From Anaerolineales bacterium (GTDB taxonomy: Bacteria; Chloroflexota; Anaerolineae; 4572-78; J111), in the NCBI GenBank assembly GCA_020634935.1, contig JACKAT010000027.1:1-64000 (forward strand): a stretch of 64,000 nucleotides of DNA, written 5' to 3'. The position numbers were made by a program, and so were the translations under genes. Shown one piece after another: positions 46,900 to 57,219 of the stretch. The stretch's first letter is position 1. Each line of letters begins with the position of its first letter. The notes beneath the pieces were generated by a model. The model saw only the letters and a list, made by a program, of their open reading frames with translations, had not been told where the DNA came from and searched no databases.

Positions 46900-48693
46900 A
46901 TGCTTGTAGAGCTAAATATTGAAGATTTCGCCATTATCGAGCAATTAAATCTTAAATTTTCTGAAGGCTTCAATGTTCTAACCGGCGAGACCGGCGCCGG
47001 CAAATCGATTATCATCGACGCCGTGACGATGCTGTTAGGCGGCCGGGGCGATTCCACTTTTATTCGAGCCGGCAGCGACCGGGCCAGAATCGAGGGCCTT
47101 TTCCGCCTGTCGCCGCCGCTGCGCACCGCCGTCGACCCCATTCTGGCCGAAGAAGGGCTGGAAGGTGATAACCCCGATATCCTTATTTTAGGCCGCGAAC
47201 TCCGCAGCACTGGCCGCAGCTTTTGCCGGGTCAACGGCAGTACCGTCAACCTGAGCTTATTGGAAAAGATTGCGGCTCAACTGGTAGACATCCACGGCCA
47301 AAATGAACATATTAGCCTCATGCAAGTCCGGCAGCATCTCACCTTTTTAGACCGGTACGCCGGCTTGTCAAGCCAGCGGAACCAGTTAGCAGCAGAGGTT
47401 CGCCAATTGCGCCGCATTCGCCAGGAACTGGCCGACCTCCAGCGCGACGAGCAGTTTCTGGCCCGCCGCATTGACCAACTCACCTTTCAGGTTGAAGAAA
47501 TCACCATGGCCAACCTGAAGCCGGGTGAAGAGATCGAACTCAACGCCGAGCGGAATCGCCTGGCCAATGCCGAACAACTCAGCCAACTCAGTGCCGAAGC
47601 CTACGCCCTCCTGGTTGAAGCCGGCAGCGATGAGCAATTCTCGATCCTCGATCTGCTGGGCCAGTTGACCCGGGTGATGAACAATCTGGCCAAGCTCGAT
47701 GAGGACTGGTCTGAAAAACGGGAAATGGTTGACAATCTAACCTATCAGGTCGAGGACGTCGCTACCTTCGTCCGTGATTATAACGAAAACATCGATTTCA
47801 ACCCGCTGCGGCTCCAGGAAATTGAAGAGCGGCTGGGCTTGATTTTCTCTTTAAAGCGAAAATACGGGGCTACGGTCGAAGATATTCTTGAATTTGGCCG
47901 CAAAGCTCAGCTTGAATTGGACAATATCAGCCACAGCGAGGAACGCATCGAGGCCTTGAAAGCCGAACAAGAGACGTTCCGGCAAAAAATTGGTCAGTTG
48001 GCCCTGGCTCTTTCGGAGGCTCGCCGGCAGGCAGGAAAAACGCTGGCCGTGGGGGTGGAAACCGAACTGGCCGACTTAAGCATGGAAAAGGCCAAATTTG
48101 CCGTTGACATTCAATGGAACGAAGCCGCCGACGGCGTCTATGTTGAAGCGAAACCGGGCGAGGTGGTAACCGTGGCCTGCGATGACACCGGCATCGATCG
48201 CGTTGAATTTTTAATCTCGCCTAACCCCGGCGAACCGCTCAAACCGTTGGCCAAAGTCGCCTCCGGCGGCGAAACCAGCCGGATTATGCTGGCCCTCAAG
48301 AACGTGCTGGCCATCGCTGACGAAACCCCTACCCTTATCTTCGACGAGATCGATCAGGGTATCGGCGGCCGTATCGGCGGTGTGGTTGGCCAAAAGTTGT
48401 GGATGCTGGCCAGTCAGGGGCATCACCAGGTTTTGTGCGTCACCCACTTGCCCCAAATTGCCGGATACGCCGAACTGCACTATCACGTTGCCAAGCAGGT
48501 CAGCGGCGGGCGTACCAAAACCGATATCCAAGCGCTGACCGGAGAAGCTCAAATCAACGAAATGGCTCAAATGTTAGGCATCCTCAGCGACAGCACCCGC
48601 CAAAGCGCTCGCGAAATCCTCAAGGAAGCCGCTGCCGCCAAATCGACCAAGCCTAACTTAGAAACTTATCTTTCGACAATAAATACACTGTAA
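46900..48693 (+). CDS. recN: DNA repair protein RecN
   Basis: N-terminal 'MLVELNIEDFAIIE...LTGETGAGKSIIIDA' Walker A. SMC-like coiled coil. C-terminal 'LIFDEIDQGIGG' Walker B. Confidence 0.92.
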   Translation: MLVELNIEDFAIIEQLNLKFSEGFNVLTGETGAGKSIIIDAVTMLLGGRGDSTFIRAGSDRARIEGLFRLSPPLRTAVDPILAEEGLEGDNPDILILGRELRSTGRSFCRVNGSTVNLSLLEKIAAQLVDIHGQNEHISLMQVRQHLTFLDRYAGLSSQRNQLAAEVRQLRRIRQELADLQRDEQFLARRIDQLTFQVEEITMANLKPGEEIELNAERNRLANAEQLSQLSAEAYALLVEAGSDEQFSILDLLGQLTRVMNNLAKLDEDWSEKREMVDNLTYQVEDVATFVRDYNENIDFNPLRLQEIEERLGLIFSLKRKYGATVEDILEFGRKAQLELDNISHSEERIEALKAEQETFRQKIGQLALALSEARRQAGKTLAVGVETELADLSMEKAKFAVDIQWNEAADGVYVEAKPGEVVTVACDDTGIDRVEFLISPNPGEPLKPLAKVASGGETSRIMLALKNVLAIADETPTLIFDEIDQGIGGRIGGVVGQKLWMLASQGHHQVLCVTHLPQIAGYAELHYHVAKQVSGGRTKTDIQALTGEAQINEMAQMLGILSDSTRQSAREILKEAAAAKSTKPNLETYLSTINTL

Positions 48694-49228
48694 ATTAAGT
48701 CATTAAGCTTTTGTCATGGCGAGCGAAGCGAAGCCATCTCCTCCTCCGAACGTGGAGATGGCTTTGTCGTTCCGCCTCGCCCTGACCATAACCCCCAAAA
48801 ACTTAATTTACGCTGTAATAAAACTACCTTAAGAACAAAACGTGGCTAAACTTCTGTCACTATGGCTGACGAGCAAACTATTCCAACCCATTGGTTTGAT
48901 CAATAAGGTGGGGCTCAAAGTTGTACGTCATCATTTTATTAATGGCATAGCGGAGATACGAGTTGCCGTCGGATTCTTTACGGTGCGTGGGTATAATTTA
49001 ATTCGTAAATCAGCAAAAGGTAAAAAACTCTTTATCCTGGTAGGCGTAAAAGAACCTGACCAGAAACGCGTAGAATTTATGTTGATTTCAACGGTATACG
49101 ACAATACCGTAATGTCTCAATGTAAAACCTGTTAGGTCTTCTTACAGGCGGAGGTCTAGCAGTAAAAGCCTAACCCCCTACGCCCCAACCTCCAGTTCGA
49201 TATCGCTAACCCCGAACAGGGCATCTTC

Positions 49229-50498
49229 CTAATTGCCGACGATCAGACTCGAACGCGCATCGAGGCGTGGGCTTAAACCCCACATTGCCACAGCCCACAC
49301 CAACCAGGCGCCGTATAAACGCGGATAAGCCAGCAGCGCCCACCACCCGACCGCCCAGCCGGTTGACTTAAACGGAATCGGCGCGATCATCAGCAGTAGG
49401 GCCGCGCCCAAGGCCAGCCAGCCTGCCCAATCAGCCGCCGTCTCAACGGGTCGGCGCAGTAGGTCGGTGATCACCACGAACATCGAACCCAATAGCAGGA
49501 CGAAATGATACTCCTCGGCCACCGGCAGCAGGACGATGGTCAGCGGCAGCAGGGCCGCAAACAGCCGGGCGGGGTCGCTGCGCCGGCCGATCCAGAGGGT
49601 GGCTCCGAGAGACACAATCCGGATTATCGACGGCAGCACACTAGCCACAACCGGCCACGGCCCGATCGGCGCGGGATTCCACTGCGGGTCGTAGCTAAAC
49701 AGGTGGGTCAGCAGGCCGGTGGTGGTTTGATAGGCGGGTACGGCCAGTGCGCCCCGCCGGCTAAAGGCGCTAACGGCGGCCGGGTAAGCTAGCCAGGTGT
49801 CGAAGCCAAGCCAGGGCAGGCTAAACACCGCCACGAGGAGTATCGTACCGCCGCCCCACAACAGCGCCCGCCAGCGGCCGTGCAGTAGCGGGACCACCCA
49901 CAAAAACAGTCCCGATGTTTTCAAAATAAAGGCCAGCCCCAGCAAGCCGCCAACCAGTCCATCGCGCCGATAAACCAGCCCCAACAGCGCCAACGCCAGC
50001 AGCCCGCCCAACACCAGGTAAGTTTGGCCGACCGCCAAATTAGCCCCCACCGCCGGCAGCAGCGCGATTAGCCCCACCAGCAATATCCAGCCGCTAGCCT
50101 CCGGCGACTGTCCCAGACCCAGTCCCACGCCCACCAACACCCCACACGTGGCCAGCAGCGCCGCCAGACTGACTACCAGCCAGGCATCACGGGCCGCCTG
50201 CGGCGGGAGGCCGGCCAGCGGCAGCGCCAGCAGCGCCACGGTCGGTAGGTTGGGTGTAAATATTTCGTACACGGCCGGGCCGGTGTACGTTTGCACTTGC
50301 CCGGCAAACCAGTCGTCGTCATACACCGCCGGTCCAAAGTCACCGCCAATCAGCAGCCGGGCCGCGGTGTAATGACCGACAAAGCCGTGGGTCACTGCTC
50401 CCCAAGATGGCCCCAACTGCCAGGCCAGGATATACCCCCACACGGCCAGCCAGCCCAGCAGCAGCCCCGCTCGTCTTAAGAATTTGCTCAAAAGAGAC
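49229..50498 (-). CDS. Polytopic membrane protein, probable DUF2029/GT87-like glycosyltransferase; start uncertain (GTG about 50498 or TTG about 50486)
   Basis: More than 10 TM helices. The 'GGDFGPAVYDDDWF' region resembles the Asp-rich loop of GT87/DUF2029. The ORF 5' extension to 50695 is translated simple sequence. Confidence 0.5.
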
Positions 50499-50687
50499 CT
50501 CACAAACCAACCAACAAACAAACTAACTAACCATCCAACAAACCATCCACCCAGTTTATTATAAACCCAAATTCGAGTATAATATTTCCCAAGCGTATTG
50601 CCCACATCGAGGTGGGCGATTTTACAAACACTGTTGTTTGCTACAGCCCGGCTCGTAGCTTCAACCTGTACACTCAGGAAGAGAGCC

Positions 50688-51920
50688 ATGCCCAACTTAA
50701 TAAAACGGTCCCCTTTACGCCAGGCGGCGGCCTTGCTGGTGCTCGCTGCCCTGCTGATCTGGGAAATCGGTTACACGATTCTGCCCAACGATATCACCCC
50801 TTGTATGTTTTCGAAAATCTATCTGGTTGTAGCCGCCGGTCGATCCGGCGACGGTCCTACATGTGGCGAGACGGTCGAGACAGCCGCACCACCCGCGCCG
50901 GCTGTACCCCAACCGCCGCCGCTGCCGACCACGGTCTATCAAGCCGCCGGGCAAGCTCAGACCTGCCCACCCACCTGCGCTGACCGACCGACGGTTGATC
51001 TACGCCGCCAAAATTTGGTCGGGGCCAGGTTCGATGCCGTCGATCTGGCCGGGGCCGATTTGAGCGGATTGGACCTGCGCGACGTCTCCTTTGTGGGCGC
51101 TTATTTGGCCGGGGTTAATTTGAGCGGGGCCGATCTGCGTTCGGCTAGCTTTGTCAAAGCCAACTTAACCGGGGCCGATCTGCGCCAGGCCAGTTTGGAT
51201 GGGGTTACGCTTTATCAGGCCAATCTGACCGGAGCCAACCTGAGCGGCCAGGATTTGGCGGCCGTCAATCGCCGGCTGGCCCACAATTTGGAGGAACTGC
51301 GCCTGGACCAGGCCGATCTCAGCCAGACCCGGCTGACCAAGCTCAAACTGCGCGGCAGCAGCCTGGTGGGCGCTAACCTGCAAGGAGCCGATTTGCGCCA
51401 GACCGACCTGCGTGGGGTCGATCTGAGCCGGGCCGATTTACGAGAGGCGCTCATCGACTCAACCACGCGGCTGGCCGGAGCTAATCTCAGCGGGGCCAAT
51501 CTGGCCGGGCTTAGTCTGGCCAACCAGGATTTACGCTCGACCCAACTAGCTGGCGCTATTCTCACCGGCAGCGATCTATCTTACGTCCAAACCGATGTTC
51601 GGACGAATTTGAGCGGTGTTGATTTACGTTTCACCCGGCTAACCGGCGTCCAACTATCGGGCGTCAACTTGAGCCGGGCCAATCTCAGCGATCTGGACTT
51701 GACCCAATTGGGCGGACTGGTCGATAGCGATCTCTCCCAAGCGCGGCTGCGCAATACCAATATGAGCGGGATCACGCTCATCCATGCCAATCTGCAACAG
51801 GCCGACCTGACCGGCGCGGACCTACAAGCCGCTAATCTCGGCAACGCCGATCTACGGGGCGCCGACTTGACCGGAGCCAATTTAACCGGGGCGCACCTCA
51901 TCGGGGCTACGTTCGATTAG
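50688..51920 (+). CDS. Pentapeptide-repeat protein with N-terminal TM anchor
   Basis: ATG at 50688 with RBS 'ggaagagag'. TM helix 'AAALLVLAALLIW'. More than 40 'A(N/D)L(S/T)G' pentapeptide repeats. Confidence 0.85.
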   Translation: MPNLIKRSPLRQAAALLVLAALLIWEIGYTILPNDITPCMFSKIYLVVAAGRSGDGPTCGETVETAAPPAPAVPQPPPLPTTVYQAAGQAQTCPPTCADRPTVDLRRQNLVGARFDAVDLAGADLSGLDLRDVSFVGAYLAGVNLSGADLRSASFVKANLTGADLRQASLDGVTLYQANLTGANLSGQDLAAVNRRLAHNLEELRLDQADLSQTRLTKLKLRGSSLVGANLQGADLRQTDLRGVDLSRADLREALIDSTTRLAGANLSGANLAGLSLANQDLRSTQLAGAILTGSDLSYVQTDVRTNLSGVDLRFTRLTGVQLSGVNLSRANLSDLDLTQLGGLVDSDLSQARLRNTNMSGITLIHANLQQADLTGADLQAANLGNADLRGADLTGANLTGAHLIGATFD

Positions 51921-52047
51921 TTGAAAAGAAAAAATCCCTCTGAAGGCCGGTAACCAGCCTGACCAGAGGGATTTGTAGAAGATTGGAGATCAGAGATTGG
52001 AGATTGAGCTTTTAATTTAATCTCAAACCCCATAAACTCCATGAACT

Positions 52048-53463
52048 CTAACTGACATCTTCAGGTTTATCAGGCTCCGGCTCAGTCTCATCCGGTGCTT
52101 CATCCAAGGCAGCCTTCTTAGCCTTAGTCTCAGCCTCGGCTTTAGGTCCATACATTTCCTCAGCCTTAGCCTTAGCCGCAGCTACCTCATCGGCCTGCGA
52201 TAGCGCCTCTCGAATTTTGGCCCGCAGTTCCTCCTCAGAGGCGGGTTTATCTTCCTCAGACACGACCGGTTCGGGGCCGGTCCAGCGAGTACGGGCGCCG
52301 GGGTAATAAGGGGTACCGGACGGCCCGCCGGAACGAGGGGCGCTTGGTTGGGCTTGCACCGGATAGGGCCGGGTTCCAAAGCGCGTCAGCAGGACCGCCC
52401 CTAAACCGGCCATGGCGATGAGCGCCCCAATCGCTTTACCGATAAACCCGATACAAGCGATAAGTCCGATCACCGGCATGTTGGTCAGCAGCGTTAAGAT
52501 CGACACCCCGACGACGCTGGACATGATCAGGCCGGGTTGAGGCCGACCGCCAGCCGCTAACAGCCGTTCCCCCAGAATGTGACCGATGACAATCCAGCCA
52601 AACAGGGTGGCAGTGCCCAAGGCAATGTAAGTCACCATCGGCACAATGGCCAGACAGATAGTAATCACCAGCAGGGCGGCCACCGGTATCAAAACAGCCG
52701 CTACGATCGAGGTGAGTAACCCCACCCCAAAACTCAGTGGCGCGGACGTGGTGAGCGTTTCACGCACATTGTACATTTGCTCTGGCATGAAGGCGGCCAC
52801 CAACCAGGTGATAACGCCTAAGACCACCAAGAGGGCTATGGTCCAGAAGATATCGGCCAAAATCGCCCCTATCCAGCTAAATATACCATCCCGATCGTGA
52901 TTAAAGGGGGAATTAAATTCAGGCGAGGCCGGGGGGACGGGTGGTTTCGGCAACGTATCGGACGAGAAGCTATCCTCATCATCGTTGTCCGATCCGAAAT
53001 CATTATGAAATTTGGTTAGCCCCTGAACATCACCGGAAACCGTGGCGCCTTCGGCTTTGTTGACCTGGCCGCCGATAAGTCCGATATCGCCATCCACCAC
53101 CGCCGTATCCGATAGATTGACATTACCGCCAATGGCCGCTAAATCGCCGTTAATCTTGCCATCGATGTTGACATTACCGCCAAATACAATCACGTCGCCG
53201 TCGATCTCAGTTCCTTTTTTGGCCGAAAAACTGCCGCCAAAAACGGCCAAATCGCCATCGAGTTCGCTATCAACTTCAAGGGTGGCGCTGCCCCCCAGTA
53301 CGGCTAAATTTCCATTATGAGTTTGTTCCGCGCCCAAAACATAGTTATCACCAAAAACCACTTGATCACCCTTTGAGTCGGGTTCCTGAGCCAGAGCGGG
53401 AGCGGCAAATACCAGCAGCAGGATCAAAGTTAAAGCTAGGGTTAATATTTTCCTATTCATCAT
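52048..53463 (-). CDS. Secreted beta-helical repeat protein (bactofilin/DUF583-like or DUF4097-like) with C-terminal TM region and acidic tail
   Basis: Signal peptide 'MMNRKILTLALTLILLLVFAAPALA'. Repeats 'GDLAVFGG...IDGDVIVFGGNVNIDGKINGDLAAIGGNVNL'. About 4 TM helices over residues 200-350. Last gene of the ECF sigma/anti-sigma operon. Confidence 0.55.
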   Translation of the reverse strand: MMNRKILTLALTLILLLVFAAPALAQEPDSKGDQVVFGDNYVLGAEQTHNGNLAVLGGSATLEVDSELDGDLAVFGGSFSAKKGTEIDGDVIVFGGNVNIDGKINGDLAAIGGNVNLSDTAVVDGDIGLIGGQVNKAEGATVSGDVQGLTKFHNDFGSDNDDEDSFSSDTLPKPPVPPASPEFNSPFNHDRDGIFSWIGAILADIFWTIALLVVLGVITWLVAAFMPEQMYNVRETLTTSAPLSFGVGLLTSIVAAVLIPVAALLVITICLAIVPMVTYIALGTATLFGWIVIGHILGERLLAAGGRPQPGLIMSSVVGVSILTLLTNMPVIGLIACIGFIGKAIGALIAMAGLGAVLLTRFGTRPYPVQAQPSAPRSGGPSGTPYYPGARTRWTGPEPVVSEEDKPASEEELRAKIREALSQADEVAAAKAKAEEMYGPKAEAETKAKKAALDEAPDETEPEPDKPEDVS

Positions 53464-53479
53464 TCTTCTCCATTACCCA

Positions 53480-54058
53480 TTAGAGGGTCAATTCGATTGA
53501 GTTGGCCGGGCGTCGAGACAGCAATTGTAGCACTCGCAGCCACAACCAGGTTGCGCAGACAGAGGTGATAATCAATAACCAAATGAGCGGCTGACTCACT
53601 AAAAAGAGACCGGTTTTCCACAGCAGCAGACAAATATTGGCAAAAGTACGCAGGCTGGCGGCCGACTCAAAAATAATCGTCACCCCTTGATATAGCACGT
53701 TTGCATCCAAGGCCGAGTCGCCGGCGTTCATTAACAGCAGCCCGCCGGAAACGGCCCAAGCGCCCCAAAAAAGCAGCGTGCCGATGAGCAGCGCCCCCAA
53801 AGCAACCCAGATGTGCCAGGGCTTGTGCGATCGACGCCAGGCCAGTTGGGCTTCAACGTGTCGGACAAAACCTTGACTGGGTGCCGCCATGTGGCCCGCC
53901 GCGTCGAGCAGCAGGGTGTGAACATGCTGCATCGATTCATAGGTTTGGCGGCAGGCTGAACAGCCGGTTAGATGGGCCTGTAGTTCGGCCACTTCATCGG
54001 GGTTGAGTTCGTTATCGAACCATTCAGAGATTTTTTCGGTGTATTGGTCGTTCATCAT
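53480..54058 (-). CDS. Anti-sigma factor (zinc-finger ZAS type, membrane-spanning)
   Basis: Start 'MMNDQY' at 54058 with RBS 'aagaaggg'. 'HLTGCSACRQ' zf-HC2 motif. One TM helix 'IWVALGALLIGTLLFWGAWAV'. Confidence 0.7.
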   Translation of the reverse strand: MMNDQYTEKISEWFDNELNPDEVAELQAHLTGCSACRQTYESMQHVHTLLLDAAGHMAAPSQGFVRHVEAQLAWRRSHKPWHIWVALGALLIGTLLFWGAWAVSGGLLLMNAGDSALDANVLYQGVTIIFESAASLRTFANICLLLWKTGLFLVSQPLIWLLIITSVCATWLWLRVLQLLSRRPANSIELTL

Positions 54059-54074
54059 TGGACCGGTTCCCTTC

Positions 54075-54710
54075 TTATGGTGCTTCCGCGGCTTCGGCCA
54101 ACATTTGCCTGGCTCTAAAGAGGCGGCTCTTGATGGCGCTGACGCTGGTGTCGAGCGTTTCAGCAATTTCATCGTAAGACATCTCATACCAGTAACGCAG
54201 AACGGTGGCCGCGCGGTAATCTTCCGGCAGCGTCTCGAGCAGTTGGTGGACGGTGTCGTGGCGCTCGTGGGTTAGGGCGGCTTCCTCCGGCTGCGGTTTT
54301 CTATCGGCCACAGCCTGCCAGGGCGGCAGCTCATCCCACGAAACCATCTGATAGCGCTTTTTCCGCAAGCGGTCGATGCAGTAGTGTGAGGCAATCGACA
54401 GCAGCCAGGACGACAATTTGCGATCGGAATTGTAAGTTTTTAGCTTGGTATAAGCCCGCAAAAATGTTTCCTGAGCCGCGTCTTCGGCCTCGGTGGCATC
54501 GCCCAGCATGCGGTAGCACAGGTTGTAGACCGGCCGCTGGTAGGCATCGACAATGTTCATAAAAGCTGCACTGTCGCCCTTCTGCGCCGCCATCGCCCAG
54601 ACCTGTTCCTGCGCCTGCATTTCCGGCGTAACGTGTTGTTCGGCTGTCTGTTTTGTTGCCACAGAACTGTTCATAAAACTCTGTTGGCTAAAGGTTAATG
54701 TATTATTCAT
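54075..54710 (-). CDS. ECF (sigma-70 family) RNA polymerase sigma factor
   Basis: Region 2 'FMNIVDAYQRPVYNLCYRMLGDATEAEDAAQETFLRAY'. Region 4 'RAATVLRYWYEMSYDEIAETLDTSVSAIKSRLFRAR'. Confidence 0.85.
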   Translation of the reverse strand: MNNTLTFSQQSFMNSSVATKQTAEQHVTPEMQAQEQVWAMAAQKGDSAAFMNIVDAYQRPVYNLCYRMLGDATEAEDAAQETFLRAYTKLKTYNSDRKLSSWLLSIASHYCIDRLRKKRYQMVSWDELPPWQAVADRKPQPEEAALTHERHDTVHQLLETLPEDYRAATVLRYWYEMSYDEIAETLDTSVSAIKSRLFRARQMLAEAAEAP

Positions 54711-54829
54711 GATGCAGTTGGGAATTCCTTCTCTGCTGTCTGCATCATGCTTTACGGATTATAGTTGTAAAAGTTGCAAAGTTGTAAAAGAGGGGGAAGT
54801 GTGAGGAAAATAAGAGGTGTAATTAATTA

Positions 54830-55165
54830 TTAAACGTATTCGATTCGGTTCCGCATCTCATCTGACTCGTAAAGAGTATGAAGTAATTCTAAAAACCTGA
54901 CCCAATCACCAATGTTGTGACGATGTTGCTGCCCAAAAACAATACCAGTATGGGCAGTACCAGTTGCAGCAAGTTCAATGTAATCAACATCATGGGTACA
55001 CAGAACATATCCCATTTCTGTAGCGCGACGCAAGTGATTCACATCACTGTCACCTAATACGCCTAGATCACGAACAGTTACAGCGTCGATATGACGTCTC
55101 TTTAACTGAACAGAGATGGCAATAGGCACATTTTCGTCAAGGTAAAAGCGAATTTTGTCCGCCAA
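54830..55165 (-). CDS. DUF5615-like (PIN/Mut7-C-like) putative toxin
   Basis: 'IRFYLDENVP...' N-terminus. It is paired with, and overlaps, an upstream DUF433-like gene. Confidence 0.55.
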   Translation of the reverse strand: MADKIRFYLDENVPIAISVQLKRRHIDAVTVRDLGVLGDSDVNHLRRATEMGYVLCTHDVDYIELAATGTAHTGIVFGQQHRHNIGDWVRFLELLHTLYESDEMRNRIEYV

Positions 55166-55445
55166 CTCGCTTATCCTTTAAGGCTTCGGCCTTCTTGATT
55201 TGATCACGAATCGTCCGGTCAATATCTTCTTTGTGTTCATAATAGTAAGCCAGTGCGCCATATACTTGGGGCAACGTTAATCCATACCAATCAGCAATAC
55301 CATCGGCATCCAGATTATGATAGTTCTTAGCCATAGCCACATCAGCCACGGTCACAGAAGTTCCTAAAATGAAGGGGCGGCTTTTACGCACATTGGGGTT
55401 AACAGCGACGACTTCCATTATCTGAATATGATTCCGCGTATCCAT
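55137..55445 (-). CDS. DUF433-like putative antitoxin
   Basis: 'RPFILGTSVTVADVAMAKNYHNLDADGIADWYGLTLPQVYGALAYY' matches the DUF433 pattern. Confidence 0.6.
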   Translation of the reverse strand: MDTRNHIQIMEVVAVNPNVRKSRPFILGTSVTVADVAMAKNYHNLDADGIADWYGLTLPQVYGALAYYYEHKEDIDRTIRDQIKKAEALKDKRVGGQNSLLP

Positions 55446-55498
55446 TGTTCAGCACCTTTTTTTGTATGGCTATCCATATTTATACTGGCACAACAGCA

Positions 55499-56872
55499 TT
55501 AACCCGCCGCCAGCGAAATCATCAGCGGTTGATCATCGGGTACCAGCGGCTGTTGTCCCGGCAGGCTGCCGCGCAGGCTCCACGGACCGGTCCAGGTAAT
55601 CTCCAAATCGACCAGCTCGCCGCGCCAATCTTTGTCGCTGTTATCCTCGAAAAAGACCAGTTTGTTGGTGCGAGTTCGACCTCGCCAGCGGCCGCGCTGC
55701 TTCTCTTCGACCAAGACTTCCAGCGTGCGGCCCAACAGCCCGGCGTTGATCTCGGCCACGATGCCTTCTTGCAGGTCGTTGACGGCGTCTAGTCGCCGCT
55801 TTTTCTCTTCGGGCGGCACATCATCGGTCATAATTTTGCCCGATACCGTCCCCGGCCGCGGTGAGTACATGGCCACGTGAACCACATCCAGCTTTAGCTC
55901 GGCCAGGGTGTCGAGGGTGCGCTGGAACTGCGCTTCGGTTTCGCCGGGAAAGCCGACGATAATATCGGTGGCGATGGAGACCTCCGGCATGCGCTCGCGA
56001 ACGCGGTGGATCAGGGCGTCGTATTGGGTCATGGTGTATTCGCGCTTCATCCGGTCGAGCACCAGGTCGTCACCGGCCTGGTTGGGTACTTCGATATGCT
56101 CGCACACTTTGGGCAGTTCGGTCACGGCGTCGAGCAAGCGGTCGTTCATGTAGTTGGGGTGGCTGGTCAGGAAGCGAATGCGGTGCAAGCCATCGATATC
56201 GTTGAGCACCCGCAGCAAATCGGGCAGGCGCGGGCCGTCGGGGACATCGTAGCCGTAGCGGTCGACAATCTGGCCGAGCAGGGTCACCTCGCGCACACCT
56301 TGCGCCACCAGGCTTTGCACCTCGGCCGCGATCTCACCCACCGGGCGGCTGCGTTCGACGCCGCGCCGGGCGGGAATAATGCAGTAGGTGCAAACATGGT
56401 TGCAGCCGTAGATAATCGGCACGTGGGCGGTCACCAGGTTGTTTTTTTCGTGCAGCGGCAGTACCAGACTCAAATCTTCATCCTGCAAGCGATAGCGGCG
56501 GGCTAGCTCCGCCTCCTCCGTTTGACGCGCCACCAAAAAATCGACCAGCGGGCCCGGTTCGCTGGGCGGCATAAAGACATCGACATGGGGGAACGTCCGG
56601 CCCAGCTTTTTGCCGCCCTTCACGCCGACCATGCAACCCATCAAAGCCAGCACCTTAGACGGGTTGCTTTCTTTATGCGGCTTGAGCGACCACAAAAACC
56701 CTGTGGCTTTATCCTCGGCGCTTTGGCGCACGACGCAGGTGTTCAGCACGATAACATCGGCCTCGCGGTAGCTGTCGCTGTGGCGGTAGCCCATTTTTTC
56801 CAATTCGGAGGCCACTCGCTGCGAGTCGGCCATGTTCATCTGACAACCGGCAGTCCAGATGTAATATTTCAT
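55499..56872 (-). CDS. miaB: tRNA-i6A37 methylthiotransferase MiaB
   Basis: N-terminus 'YIWTAGCQMNMADSQ' (MTTase N-domain). Radical SAM 'CNHVCTYC'. C-terminal TRAM domain. RBS 'ggagaa'. Confidence 0.85.
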   Translation of the reverse strand: MKYYIWTAGCQMNMADSQRVASELEKMGYRHSDSYREADVIVLNTCVVRQSAEDKATGFLWSLKPHKESNPSKVLALMGCMVGVKGGKKLGRTFPHVDVFMPPSEPGPLVDFLVARQTEEAELARRYRLQDEDLSLVLPLHEKNNLVTAHVPIIYGCNHVCTYCIIPARRGVERSRPVGEIAAEVQSLVAQGVREVTLLGQIVDRYGYDVPDGPRLPDLLRVLNDIDGLHRIRFLTSHPNYMNDRLLDAVTELPKVCEHIEVPNQAGDDLVLDRMKREYTMTQYDALIHRVRERMPEVSIATDIIVGFPGETEAQFQRTLDTLAELKLDVVHVAMYSPRPGTVSGKIMTDDVPPEEKKRRLDAVNDLQEGIVAEINAGLLGRTLEVLVEEKQRGRWRGRTRTNKLVFFEDNSDKDWRGELVDLEITWTGPWSLRGSLPGQQPLVPDDQPLMISLAAG

Positions 56873-56985
56873 AGGGTTCTCCGGATCAATTGTTTGAGAC
56901 GAATTCTAACACAAGGTCACAAGGTCGCAAGATTGTAATAAGGGAGGATATCTTTCAGACCAAAATTTCTCTCTAATCGTTAAGT

Positions 56986-57213
56986 TTAAGCTATTAGTGA
57001 CTTGGCAGTCGGTGTAATCTCAAACACTAGTCTACCGTCCTCCTGATCAAGTACTTGACTGGCATTTAAGATTTCTAGACCGGCTAATCTACCATCTGGA
57101 CCATAGTTGGCAATCAACTCATCATTAAAAGGCCGTGCCTCGGCAGTTCCATCAGCTACAGGGTGAAACTCGATATACATGGCATCGACTTCGGCATCAT
57201 AGTAAATTTTCAT
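56986..57213 (-). CDS. DUF2283-like putative antitoxin
   Basis: 'MKIYYDAEVDAMYIEF' is the DUF2283 hallmark. Confidence 0.6.
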   Translation of the reverse strand: MKIYYDAEVDAMYIEFHPVADGTAEARPFNDELIANYGPDGRLAGLEILNASQVLDQEDGRLVFEITPTAKSLIA

Positions 57214-57219
57214 TGAACT

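Noticed and set aside
48842-49135. 97-aa AT-rich ORF after recN
   Set aside because: No RBS, no motif, and atypical composition. Left uncalled.
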